A stretch of DNA of 55,675 nucleotides, counting the filler, from Sphacelaria rigidula (Eukaryota), in NCBI GenBank assembly GCA_964200075.2. It is 5 parts of 5 records of this genome, joined end to end, with 100 filler letters (N's around TTAATTAATTAA, not from the genome) between each part and the next. Parts side by side here need not be neighbours in the genome. Positions count along the whole stretch, not along the records: positions 11,157 to 22,212 come from CAXNAA020005466.1; positions 22,313 to 33,367 come from CAXNAA020005467.1; 3 more parts are not named here. One strand, written 5' to 3'. Positions 13,125-25,115 of the stretch are shown piece after piece. Every line of letters starts with the position of its first letter. The stretch's first letter is position 1. The notes beneath the pieces were generated by a model. The model was not told where the DNA came from. It did no database searches and worked only from the letters and a program-made list of their open reading frames with translations. The translations under genes and the position numbers were made by a program.

Positions 13125-13490
13125 ACTTTACCACTTGGTAGTTCAAGGCAGTTCTCGGAAATTTACGGCTTGTGGACAGGTGCAGTATTGGATTTTAAAA
13201 TATACACCGAAATCCGGATCTATGAAGGGAGCTGTGCTCCTGGCGTGCTCCTGGCGTGCGCAGAACCCGTTTTTGTCTAAATCGGCGCCTGGGGCGCCGA
13301 TTTGAGGTCTGGCAACGCACACTTCGCCTAGGAAACACGTTGCACCCCCATTGCCCGAGGGTTTTCGGTATGTCTTCGTTGGGGTTGGGGTAAGGGTTAG
13401 GATTAGGGCTAGTGTTATTGGAAATGCATCAGCACCTGCACAAACCATAAATTTTCGAGAGATATCAGTCAACTACCAGGTGGTGAAGTC
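13125..13490. mobile_element. MITE-like repeat with inverted ends (second copy about 22885-23180)
   Basis: GACTTTACCACTTGGTAGTT ... AACTACCAGGTGGTGAAGTC inverted ends. The core GGCTGTGCTCCTGGCGTG...GGCGCCGATTT..GGTCTGGCA is shared with contig 3. Confidence 0.7.
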
Positions 13491-15343
13491 ACCTCGAATG
13501 AGTAGCCCCACAAACACGTCGATGAGATGCGTAGTCGAACATTCCGCAGAGCCCGTGCACATTCGCTGGGACACGATTGCGCGGGTGTACACAGCCGTCG
13601 TGCCTGGGTCATCCAATAGTACTGGTGAACGCCCTTAAGTCGGGAGAGCGGGGGTTCAATTACCAGCATATACATTTTTGCTTCTTTTTTTTTTTCCCTG
13701 GAAGTATGCGATTCTCGCGGTCACAAACATAAAGGCGTGAATAACGAAGAGTACTTTTCTTGACGAGAGAAGACGCGGTGCGGGAGTACTGGTTCAATGG
13801 GCGATGCCAGAAGTTAAGTTATGTACCAGGGGAGAGAAACGGTTGATCCCTTCAGACAAGGGACTCGTTCCGGGCAAGGGGAAGGGTTGAAAAATGTGAC
13901 AGAAGAAAACTGTTCCTGAGCGGTCTTCGTGAGATTCTTGTTCATATCACTTGCCTACAATATACGGTGCGTTTTTTCCCCTTCCGCGACAGGTACAGTC
14001 GTACTCTGCACCTTCTTGGCCCTGCACCATCGTGAAGCAACAGCATGGTGTCTGCATTACTAATCCTTCAAAACGTTTGATCAACCTGCCCCACTTCTCC
14101 ATAGTCTGAACTTATCTAAGAACAGTTTTTGCTGCAGAAAGTGCGAATCTTCCGACTGCTGGCGCCCATACTCGAACCTTCGTTGAGATGGGACCACATG
14201 AGGGAAGGGGTGGGGAATATAGAGCTGATATATTGGAAGAGGTGATTGAAAGTAGGATGCGATCTCATGCCTTTGATTTGATTTGTCGACTTCCAACCAC
14301 TTTTTCCAGCTGACGGTTTGTCATCCTTTGGTATATATAGGAACGGCGAGCCAGTTGAAATCAAATCCGCATTTCAGCTTATTTCGCAGCACTGCAAGCC
14401 ACCATTGTCCAGCCGTATTGGCACTCGAGCATAAAATCCGCGTACCCCCTCCTTTTGACATAAATCGGTTATCGGAGTCGTCTCCACCGTAGAGATGAGT
14501 TTCGAGGGCGGGTCTGTCATCTATTTGGACAGTGTATGCCCGGTCTTCGCCACTTGCCACAAGATAGCCGTATATATCGCATCAAATAGCCACATCGGCT
14601 TGAGGTTCAGAGCGGGCAAGTGGATTGTAGGCCACAGTATATTCGCCACTGACCACGAAGGAACACTATGTGGTGGGAACACTGTCCCACAACGCACAAT
14701 ATACGTTGATGGAAGATGTACTGACAAGCACCGCGACTCAAGATTGGATTGTCGGACGGTATAGGACTATATTTAGCACACCATATCCCTTGATACATGA
14801 CTACAGATCAGTCACGGACATTGGTCCAGATCCTAGGAAGAGTAAGCGACGGGGTGGGGATATGAAGAGTGATGTATGCCTCCTTGTTTACTGTGTATAT
14901 AGTGTGTCAGAGCCCTTTCGCGGTTGGCCTGCCTTTCCTGTTCCACATCCTGCAACAAAAGAAAACGCTGTTTTTGTTTCCCCTAGGGGAAACACCCGCT
15001 GTCGCATGCCGCCTGGGTCGCTATAGCACTCAAAGCGCCACGTCGCTGGAGAGGGTAGAGGTATCACGTGATGCCTCGAATGCTAGAGAAGCACCGCAGT
15101 GGCAGCTGCTCTGTGAAATGAACCCACGGATGAAGGTGCTCCTACTGAATACCTCATGAAGCAACCCGTTAAACCGTTCCAGATTGGGGGTTCCAAATTG
15201 CATACCATCGTGAAAGTCATCATACTTGTTCACGTGGCATTCTTCGCCTGTATATTCACCCACCAGTCCATTGCCTCGTCCCGAACTTAATCGTCGAACC
15301 GCGCATTCTTGTGCTTGGTTCTATACTGTTTATATTGACCCAG

Positions 15344-15458
15344 GTCCGGACCCGGCAAAGTCCGCAATGGAGAGATAGCGCACCCCTTCACCACCTGCTC
15401 TTCCCACGACGTATCGCACACCACCGTGTATTCAAACAGACGATGCACCGTACGGGAG
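15344..15458 (+). CDS. Exon E of FRD-like gene (HPFT FAD-binding motif)
   Basis: CCCAG acceptor, GAG|GTCAGT donor, phase 2/0 matching exon D. Encodes SGPGKVRNGEIAHPFTTCSSH. Confidence 0.75.
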
Positions 15459-15583
15459 GTCAGTGCTACATGCATCACGCACCAGCGTAAGGTCTTTAAA
15501 CGTGCACCCAACGTAAAGCAAAACTCAGTTTCTTGTTTATATCGCACTTGATTTGAGTGTGATTGATTCGTACCGTACGAATC

Positions 15584-16450
15584 AGGGCCTTTATTATCGA
15601 CAAATAAACAAGATGGGAGAAAGTCTGAAATTTCGGCATTCGCCTAGTGCTCGTTATTATCTAGATCTACTGTTGCTGTGAGATATCTCATTACAGATGG
15701 TGCTGGGTGCTGATCTCGTCGTTTGCTTGCCTTCGTCGGCAAAATGAAGGACAGGGTTATGCTACCTGCCCGTGCATGGCGTTCATAACTATGGTGAACA
15801 TATTTCTCACAACCTCTCTGTGACACAGGGGGGCAGTCAGACAAGCTAGGGCGTCATCGACCGGCTCTCTCGGGATGCTGCAGCAGCACACATGAGTAAA
15901 AATACCGACTGTAGAAAGCCCTGTGCATAGATTGCAGCATGCTTGCTTTCTGTGAGTTGTATACGCAGATACACCCAATCAAACCACCAGCTATACACTT
16001 TTCAGACGGTGCGGTAGCGTACCCTCGTAGCAGCACTGCAGGCAAGTAGGTAGCTACTGGGTTGTTTCTGCTCTTCGCTTCGAAAGTGCGTATGTCTGCA
16101 AACGACGACCACCGTGCTCGGCCCCAACAGCTCCAACACCGCTGCCGGGGCACACACCGTCTAAGGAGATATATACCGCCAACCCGCGGTGCTTTTTACT
16201 CTACGACATAGCCCAGGGTGTACCTAGCAAAGTTCCTGATGATTCTCGCATGCTTGCGAGCGTCGCGGCGTACACCAAGGGCAGCTCTGCGGAGTATTGT
16301 GCTGGGTCCGAAATATTAGGCATTCGCCAAACGTGAAGGCTTGGCGAAAAAATCTCGCCGCTTCATTTTGGGAGAAGGTTCTGAAAAAGGTATGAAAACG
16401 CCGAAAATCAGAACGATCTCCCGAAAAACTGTGTCGATAATAACGGCCCT
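15584..16450. mobile_element. Non-autonomous TIR element AGGGCC.TTATTATCGACA (related copy about 41600-41890)
   Basis: AGGGCCTTTATTATCGACA at 15584 versus TGTCGATAATAACGGCCCT ending at 16450. No clear TSD. Confidence 0.6.
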
Positions 16451-16717
16451 CAATCCTTGGCTTTGTTTTCAGCGTTGCAATCCAGGTACGCGCAGCCCAG
16501 GCACGTGGAATGGCGCAAAAAATTGTGTGGAAACCTTTTTGACCAGCGGTAAAATTTTTCTCTCTTTGTTGAGCAATCAGGCCTGAAAAATCGTGGATTT
16601 GGTGGTTCGAACTGGGGATGATTCGTCTGAACCGTGAAATATTTCTTCAAATTATGTCGCAGTTGTTTGAATTCATTCGCCCATGTTCTCCCTCGATCGC
16701 TGACTACTACATCACAG

Positions 16718-16971
16718 ATACGAGCATCGATCGAACTTCCAATCAAGACGGATGTCTCGTGGCCAGGTCATCGCTTCACACTCACAACCGTACTGTCCCA
16801 AATGAGTGTCACCCCGGAAAACGAAACCCAAGGGTTGGGGCGTTCTCTGCGTCTCAAGGCGGGATCGCTTCTTGAGAAAAAGACATCCCAGCGTCACGAC
16901 TCAGAGAACGGGCAGAGCTACTCCGTACCACCTCTCATGCTGAACTTGAAAAAGAGCAGTTCACTTCATAG
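16718..16971 (+). CDS. Probable exon F of FRD-like gene
   Basis: TCACAG acceptor in phase 0, open frame IRASIELPIKTDVSWPGHRFTLTT..., and AG|GTGAGA donor. No diagnostic motif. Confidence 0.5.
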
Positions 16972-17148
16972 GTGAGAAGAAGGGGCTTGGATGGTACTTC
17001 AAAAGAGGATATATTTTATGCAAAGCCGTCGACATCAAGGTGGCGAGAGGAACGCTAGTGGGAGCTGCAGTGAGTAGTTCTGCTCACTCATCATCCGTTT
17101 TTTGTTTTAGGTCGGCCATTTCTTTCTGTCCTTTGCTTTCATTGACTC

Positions 17149-17149
<1 letters not shown>

Positions 17150-17200
<51 letters not shown>
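17150..17200. repeat. (ATT)n microsatellite
   Basis: Run of ATT triplets. Confidence 0.95.
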
Positions 17201-17201
<1 letters not shown>

Positions 17202-18549
17202 CATCAAATGTATTAATACGCTAAAGGTCTCGCCGCTCGATACTGGGATCAAGTGAGCAAAATGATCCACCGCTCCGTACTGGAATCAAGTAAGCGTGTG
17301 ATCCTTCTCGGAACACTAATTTACATCAAAACAAACCTTTCATTACTATACAACGACTAAACGGCTCGGCAAGAGTCACAAAAAAGAAAACCCAGCAGTT
17401 CAACGGACTTGACAAAGCAGAAGAGTAAACGGCTCGGCAAGAGTCACAAAAAAGGTGAAGCAGTTCGACGGTCTCGACAAAACAGAAGAGACCACAAACA
17501 GCAAGAGGTCTAGATACTATTTTAAAGAGCGAAGAGTGTTTAGATACTATTTTACAGAACAAAAACCTGTGCATGCATGCCAATTGCGTACGACAAGTTA
17601 TTCGTCCGTCTGTGCGGTTCGTCTGTGTGGGGCGTTCGTTTCGCTGTGCTTGTGCTTGTGCTTGTGCTTGCCATGCCGTGTGCTTCGCGCGCGATATGAT
17701 ACGCGCGATACGACGCGGTATGATGCGCGCGATATGATGCACCGTCCCTCTTGTGCAGGGTGGATTGAAAACTGCATCATTGGGTGCGGGCGACAGTACC
17801 CCAGTGAACAACAACTCTGTTTGCAAACAGAGAAAGCCCGACGAAGTCATGACAACCGCCGTCAATCAATCCAGTAATTCCTCACCATTTTATCGTACCG
17901 CTCATGGTTAGGCCCACCGATTCTTTTCAGCTTCCACCGCCGTCCCGAGATGAGCGGTTTTCTCCGGCAAGTATGGCATTGAGTAAACACCGGTTGTTTG
18001 TTCGCGTAAAACCAGGCGTGCTGCGCGTCGTGTTTCGTCGCGTTGGGTTGCAGCCGTTGCGTTGTGAGCGTGTAACGTCCATCAGTCATGTGTTTCAGTC
18101 ACGCCCATTGAAATTTCCAGGCCTCTCTCCTACTACGACCACTTTGTATGGCAATCGCAAAAACGGATCTGTGCGCAGACCTCAGATCCGGAAACGCATT
18201 GTGTGGGCCCCAATTTGAACCAAATGGGGAAAGCGCAGATTCGTTTGTCACGATTTCAGAACGGTTTTACACGAATCTGAGCGTAGATCCGTGGAAAATC
18301 GAGGTCCCCCGAATCTGTGGCAACTGGAGTACGTATGTTGACGTACAATGATACGGCAACAGGCGTTTGGTATTTTTGCAACAACAGCAGCAGACAGTCT
18401 CGTGACAGCACAGACAGTGCCTGCAAGCGCCGGCTGCTGGAGCAGCTCCGCACGGGGTTTGACAAGCGGATAAGAAGTGTTGACGCCGTACCTGCGATGA
18501 TGGCAAATATTTACGCTGCACTGTACTGATGTATGTATGATCATGACGA

Positions 18550-18880
18550 ACGGTACTGTACTATCCAGCACTCTGCTGTCGCGGTACTTGCAGGTGATTC
18601 ATGACACTGCACTCGTGAACCCTTGCCGCACACTGTGCACTGTTCTCGCAATGCCGACTGTACCATCATGTGTTACCAGAGGGCATTATCGTGTACTGTG
18701 ATTGTGGAGTGTATTGCACTGCATCATACCCTAGGGTATCATGGTACGACGCTGCTCTTGAAGGATGATTCCCTGCCTCCCTGTTCTTCGGCTTCACTGT
18801 TTTATACCACACCCGCCAAGAAAATGACCGTTCGTGTACAGAACAATTTCAAAAATCTGTGAAGCCATATAGGGGTACAC
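18550..18880. repeat. Dispersed repeat, copy of 8060-8400
   Basis: Colinear similarity to 8060-8400. Confidence 0.85.
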
Positions 18881-19516
18881 ACAAGAGAAATCGTAGAGAT
18901 TGCGGACGAACACTGCAGAAGGAAGGTGGGGCAGAGGGGGCCCATACCGGGAAATGGCTGCACCACCGCCCCCCAGGGCGCAAAAACCTCATTTTGGATG
19001 AAAAGGCGGTTCGGGGGGGCACCCGATTCTATGGAGGAGGGGGGCTACTTCCCGATCGCTGAATATAGCGATAGTAGTTTCTGCACTACACCGCACGTGT
19101 ATTATTCTCACGTGCATTACATTTGATTACTTAGAGTTAGTATAGGCGGTGGTGCCGCCATTTCCCGATATAGGGCCCCTCGGGTGGGGTACTAGAGACG
19201 AATAGAAGAGAAAAATCTTTTGTTTTGGTCTTCCTCCTGTGTCACCGCGCCTGATGCGCCCACATATATACACTGCAAGGTGCGGACTGGCGTCCAGAAT
19301 AGATGGCATGACAGCACACAAAGAGGGGAAGGGACCTCTGAAGAACTCTTCTCACGAATATAAGGGAAGGCAAGTACCGCAGAAGGAACGCGGACTTCGC
19401 AAAAGAAAATTGAAACTCTGGCCTTGCTGTGTGAATGTCTCCTGTCCTGCCAGTACGTGTCTTTCTGTCTTCAGAATACAAAATAACGAAAATAAGAACA
19501 ATGCCCAGTAGTGGTG

Positions 19517-19835
19517 GTCGGTCGCCCCGGTGGCTTAACCCTTAGACCGCGAGGGCAGTCTTATCTGGATAATGCGTACTTTTTTCAAGTGAAATTGATG
19601 CCGATTCAACAGATGACCTACTCTCGCTGTCTCAGGGTTAATTCGTACCCTCGAATCCTTCTGACGGCTGGGTCGTTGGTTCCAATCTCGATGACGTCAC
19701 ACGAACTGGAATTTCTCTCACACCATACCCAACAGTGAAGAGCGACTATGTCGTGGGTATCCGAAGTTCGACTGCATGGTCGACGAGGGAAAGAGACTGC
19801 TGAGTCCCTCTCGCGATAAAAAAATAAGGCAAGCA
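19517..19835 (+). mobile_element. SINE family A interrupted by a piggyBac MITE
   Basis: GGTCGCCCCGGTGGCT head resumes after 19637 with TTCGTACCCTCGAATCCTTCTGACGG and the standard body. Confidence 0.8.
19539..19637. mobile_element. 99-bp piggyBac-type MITE with TTAA TSD
   Basis: TTAA|CCCTTAGACCGCGAG ... CTCGCTGTCTCAGGG|TTAA. Related sequence at about 30950-31026 and from 33015. Confidence 0.85.
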
Positions 19836-20444
19836 CCACGGGGCAGCGCGAAGAAAGTTTTCGGACACGTCCCCCCCGCCCTCTCCCCCGGGGGATATTT
19901 TTTCGAAAATTGTCATGATTTTTTTTGTCATCTTTGTCGCATTGCAAGAAATTGATCAATACACACTATTTTAATTTTTTCTGTTACTTTTGTCACAAGA
20001 AATTGATGAATAAACACAGACCAAAACCGAAAACTCTGGTGGGCTCTGCGGACTTTGTATATTTGCTTCTGCTCCTTTATATATATTGATATAAATATGT
20101 ACCAGATACTTCTTGAGAGTATAATATAAGGGAGCATACGTACTGTGTATGATATATAATATAGTATATAAAGTGTAATAGGGTATAAATTAGGGAGCAG
20201 AAGTATACATTAAATATATAATGCATAACATATAATACATAATACATTATACATAATTATATTCTATAATTCTTTATACATTTTATAAGGATCTCTACTG
20301 TCGACAGCAGCTGACCGTATCCGCCAACGCTTCGGAAAAAAAACAGGGCACACACGGCTGGGGGTCCCCCCCCAAAAACAAAACAAAACAAATTTTCGAT
20401 CTCGGGGCCTACGTGTCCCGGATTCTGTTTTTCGCTGCCCCCTG

Positions 20445-20549
20445 CAAGCACCGCAGAAGGAAGGTGGAGTACTAAAACAAAATAAAGAATAATGAAACTC
20501 CCGTGTCGGCCTTCGCCTTGCGTGACCCCCGCTGATGCCCCAACGCATC

Positions 20550-20583
<34 letters not shown>

Positions 20584-20635
20584 GAAATGAGGTGTAGACT
20601 TCTGGAATCCAGAAAAATACAGTAGATGGGTTGAC

Positions 20636-20675
<40 letters not shown>
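20445..20675 (+). repeat. SINE family A 3' part with expanded (AT)n and (AC)n microsatellites
   Basis: GCAAGCACCGCAGAAGGAAGG...GGTGTAGACT...GACAACACAC, with (AT)n at about 20553-20580 and (AC)n at about 20637-20675. Confidence 0.8.
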
Positions 20676-20677
<2 letters not shown>

Positions 20678-20842
20678 GCACTGCTTACCGACTGACAGAT
20701 ACAGTACGCGCCGATGTCCATCGCAAAAGGAAGGAGGAGTACTGAAAACAAAATGAAAAACTCCGGGGTTGGCGTTCTTCCTGTGTGGCCCGGACTGGCG
20801 CGCCCACACATGCCCCTACTCTAAGATAAACTGGCGTCAACT

Positions 20843-21264
20843 AACAGTGGATTCCGGCAAATGGGGTTGGAAAAATAAATGAGGTTCCACTCAAAAGCCG
20901 TGCTTTCCCTAACCGAAATTCATGACAAATGACTTTCATATGGACGACTTCATCCCTCCCGACCTCCCTGAAACTATTTTGGGGGATTTCCAACCTTCCG
21001 TTCTCCCAAAGGCTATGCCCGAAAGCATACTTTCGCCTCGATTTCGGGTTGAAAAAGGACCCTTCTTGGCCCAAAAGTTATGCTTTCGCACATACCCTTT
21101 GGAGGAACGGAAGGCCAGAAATCTCCCGAAATAGTTTGAGGGAGGTCGGGACGGATGAGGTCGTCCATGTGAAAGTCATTTGTCATCAACTTAGGTCAGG
21201 GAGAGCACGGCTTTTGAGTTGAACCTCATGTGTTTTTCAACCCCATCTTCGAGAATCCCCTGTT
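20843..21264. mobile_element. Long-TIR MITE (AACAG...CTGTT); partial copy about 21580-21907 ending CCGTG
   Basis: About 150-bp imperfect inverted arms, e.g. ATGACAAATGACTTTCATATGGACGAC versus GTCGTCCATGTGAAAGTCATTTGTCAT. Confidence 0.85.
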
Positions 21265-22212
21265 CGCACTGACAGTGCGAACAGGGGATGGTGGATGAAA
21301 CTGAGCCATGTTTCTGTTGGCAGGTTCAACTCCTACAAGCAGCGCTGCGGAAAATTCAATTTCTGCAGATAGATGTCAGCATAAATATACAACACACTGC
21401 TCCCTACCATCCCGGCTTATCTGCACCACGTGCATACAGCGCATACTTTTGCACCCATAACGAAATAGGAGAGAAACCATATCTGCATATATTCACAGAA
21501 AGATTCATATAAAAAACCTTGGTCCTCGGCGATGTGTGCGATACGAGCAATAAATACGACGGACTTAACCCCCCCCCCTCCCCCAGAATCTCCCTGAAAC
21601 TATTTGGGGGGGGTTCGAGGCTTCCGTTCCCCCACAGGGCATGGCCATGTGCAACAAACCATTATCGGGCTAAAAAGCGCCCCCCTTTTCACCCCCAAAT
21701 CGAGGCCAAAATGTATTTTCGCACATACCCTCTGCGGGAACGGAAGGCTAGAAACCCCCCAAATAGATTCGGGGAGATCGGAGTGGATGAGGTCGTCCAT
21801 ATATGAAAGTAATATGTAACTACTTTAGGTCAGCAAAGCACTGGTTGAAGTTGAACTTCATTTTAATGTTCAACCTGGTTCAACCCCATTTCGCAGGATC
21901 CTCCGTGAAGAGTGGTATATCGTCGGTGTGAGGTATCGTCGAACAACCCGGAAGCTTTTCGAGGGCTACCCCCCCCCCCCCCACCCTCCGTTTAGCATCC
22001 CTAATGGTCACGCTTACTCCCTTCTTTCGTAGTGGCTATGTAAGTGCAGTGTCAGTACGTGTGCTGTGTGTCTTTGCTGGATATAACGGGAAGATACATT
22101 CAGCGTGCCATCGCTCTCACTGAACACAGCCAACTGCATGCTGCTGTGCCTCTGCTTTTTAGAAGAAAACTCCGGATGTCCGCGGACTGTCAGCCTGTGA
22201 AACTGTTTCGAG

Positions 22213-22312
22213 NNNNNNNNNNNNNNNNNNNNNNNNNNNNNNNNNNNNNNNNNNNNTTAATTAATTAANNNNNNNNNNNNNNNNNNNNNNNNNNNNNNNN
22301 NNNNNNNNNNNN
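22213..22312. other. Artificial contig linker
   Basis: N44-TTAATTAATTAA-N44. Confidence 0.98.
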
Positions 22313-24364
22313 CCCCCCTCTCCCCCGACGCCCGGGCCGCACTTCCTAGTGCCCGAGACCTCTCTCAAGGGGGGGGGCGCGGGGGGGGGGGGAGGGGAAT
22401 ACAAATGATTCGCCTCCGCCACATGGCTTCGGTGATCATACTATTTTCGTGCATACTGCCATTTTGATAGATCGAGTGTTAGAACCTGCGTATTCTGTAG
22501 GCGACCTGTGAGTGTCATGGATCGTCTTGGTAGAGTCGGTGTGGTAGGTGTGACACGGTAGGACGCAGCATATCCCGTCTGCTCTACTTACTTGAAGTAT
22601 TTCTAAGGCTTTTGACGTGTTTGTAGCTTGCACACACGCTTACTTATCGGGAATGTTAGGTGCGGAAAATCGCTCCAGCTCCCAGGTCGTGGTGAACCAA
22701 GTGCAGTGGGCTGTGTCAACTCCCTTGCTGTCAAGGCCATGCCGCGCATATTGAGCACATGTTCGATTCATCTTCTATGGGTTGGCGGAGTTTTTCACCA
22801 ACGCGACCTCTACTTCAGAGGGTGAATTTGCGGCGGTTGTTTTATATGCCCATGCCTGGCGCGAGTTGGAATCTCAGTTGAGATGGCCACTTGGTAGGCA
22901 CGGAAATGTCTGGCTTGGTTTTAGTCTAGGCATCGAAATCCGGATCATTTATGGGGGCTGTGCTCCTGGCGTGCACAGAACGTGTTTTGTCCACTTCGGC
23001 ACCGAAGGCGCCGATTTAAGGTCTGGCACACGCACACCTTACCTAGGGGACACTTTACAACCCCCTTGCCAGAGGGTTCTCAGTATGCCTTTGTCGGGGT
23101 GAGGATTGGGGTTGGGTTAGGATCAGAGGTGTTCGAAATCATACATTTCCAAGAAAGTTCTATACCCAGCAAGTGGTAAAATAAGCTCTGGAACCTTGTA
23201 AATCAGTAAAGAGAGACTATTTCCCCGCCGCTACGAAATTTCATTCGGCTGTGAACTTTGCTGGTTGGGTACAAAACGTCGTGCTCAGTACTCGTAGTGC
23301 TATTTTCCCTGTTTAGGTCGGGCCTCTGACAAATTCTTCAACCATGATGGGTCTTCACGAATGAGTACGTCGTAGTTCTCGCTATATTTTAGGGCATTAA
23401 CTCTAGTGCTGCTGCGGGGAGACTCGATGTGGTGAATCGCTCCGCGGGCTAGCGCAGTAGCCGTTGTTTCAATATCAGATGGCACTGGATCAGAATAAAG
23501 ATGATATCTCGAGGGGGTCGATCGGTGAAAATCCTGGTGGGGCATTTCTCCGAGGCAGTCACGTGGAAGCAGACCCTTCAGAGTCGTGGCTTCCGTGTGT
23601 ACCATGTGGACCGTTGCTCCTTTGCTGATGATGGCGCTGCAGATAAAGAAGCCGATGGTGGGCGTATGATGCGCGTTACTGCTGATGTGTCACTGTCAGG
23701 GCTGCACGCGAGATTTCGTTTCTGTCATAGCTGTTGTGCTGATCGCTGAATTGTGCTGATGTCCAATCCTCGGTTATTTTCTCGCGTGTGTCGTGGATCT
23801 TGTCGTGTATGACTACTCATCTGTTGTCGAAGTAGTCCCTTCTTCAGTCTCCGTAGCGTTTTTTCCCTGCTTTCAGTTCAGGACTCGATCTGAGGACGTT
23901 GCTGTGTTTTTGAAGGAGCAGGAAGACGAGTTAGTGGAGGACTGGGACGGCGAAGACGGTGAAGATGAGGACGATGAAGAGTGCCCGTCGTCCCCCTTCT
24001 GATCATGGTGACCCGCCTTGCGGTTGACGTTCAAACGATGTTGGACCTCAAGTCGTCTCTATGCGCGCGCATCTTCTGCGCATATTTTTCGAGCTCGTTC
24101 CTGCCGTTTTTATCACGGTTTTGTCTGCTTATGTTGCTCTCTTAGTAGTCGTCGTTCAGCTGGGCGATGGCTCGATCTACCTTCGCTTTCTTCTTCTCGC
24201 ATTGCTGTTCACGCTGTCAGCAGCGGGCCAGCTTTCAATGCATCTTGTTGGCCTTCTCCCGGTTCTCGTTCGTGGCGACAGTGAATAATGATTTACCCCC
24301 GAGTTCACAGACATACGTTCCTGGCTGTTGGTGGCCGAATTTTGGCCTTCTACTCCAGGCCAGT

Positions 24365-24682
24365 CAACCCGTTGGCTCAGTCAGTCGGTAACCTCGAAAC
24401 GCCCTAACGGTTGGGCCGTGGATTCGAATCTCGGTGCAGTCACACAATCTGGGCTTTTATCTTACACCGTGCCCGACAGTGGAGAGCGACTACGTCGTGG
24501 GTACACAAATTCGACTTCACGATCGACGAGGGAAAGGAACCGCCGAGCCCCTTTCGCGATAAAAAAAAAAGGGAAACACCTTAGAAAGAAGGTGAAAAAA
24601 AAGAATCTCCAGTGATGCACCCACATTTACCGAGGAAGGGTGTAAACTGGCGTCCAGAATAGATGGGATGACAACACACACG
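24365..24682 (+). mobile_element. SINE family A
   Basis: TGGCTCAG...GGATTCGAATCTCGG head, standard body, and GATGACAACACACAC tail. Confidence 0.8.
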
Positions 24683-25115
24683 CACTCCTCCATCGACCAT
24701 TATTGGACAGCCTTTCGAGACGAAATCTTGTAGAACCGCTTAGCGTTCGTGTGGGGGGTTGAGTGCAGGGGTCATAGTTTACGCTATGATCGCTGCAAAA
24801 GCTGCCATATCGTAGTCGGCCGCACGTGCCGTGGACTGGACTGTTGAGCAAACGGCAGACCGATCCATCTTGTGAACAGCAGGATCGGGATCTACGTTCG
24901 GCCGGACTGGGCATTCTTCTCAAGCATGGCGTCAGGATCAAAGCTGGTCTGGGCTGTCTCCGCAAGCGCGGGGCAATGGATCTTGGTCTCGGTTATGATG
25001 GTGCTGGCGCCGGGGCCAGACAGAGACGGCTTCTGATCTGGGTCTTTGCGGGTCACGGGCTTGTCCGCCGAGCTCCGGTCAGCAAGCTCTCGCATCCCGG
25101 CATCAGGTAGCGGGT

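Noticed and set aside
13381..13410. Telomere-like GGGTTAGG repeats
   Set aside because: Short, degenerate and internal to a dispersed MITE-like repeat.
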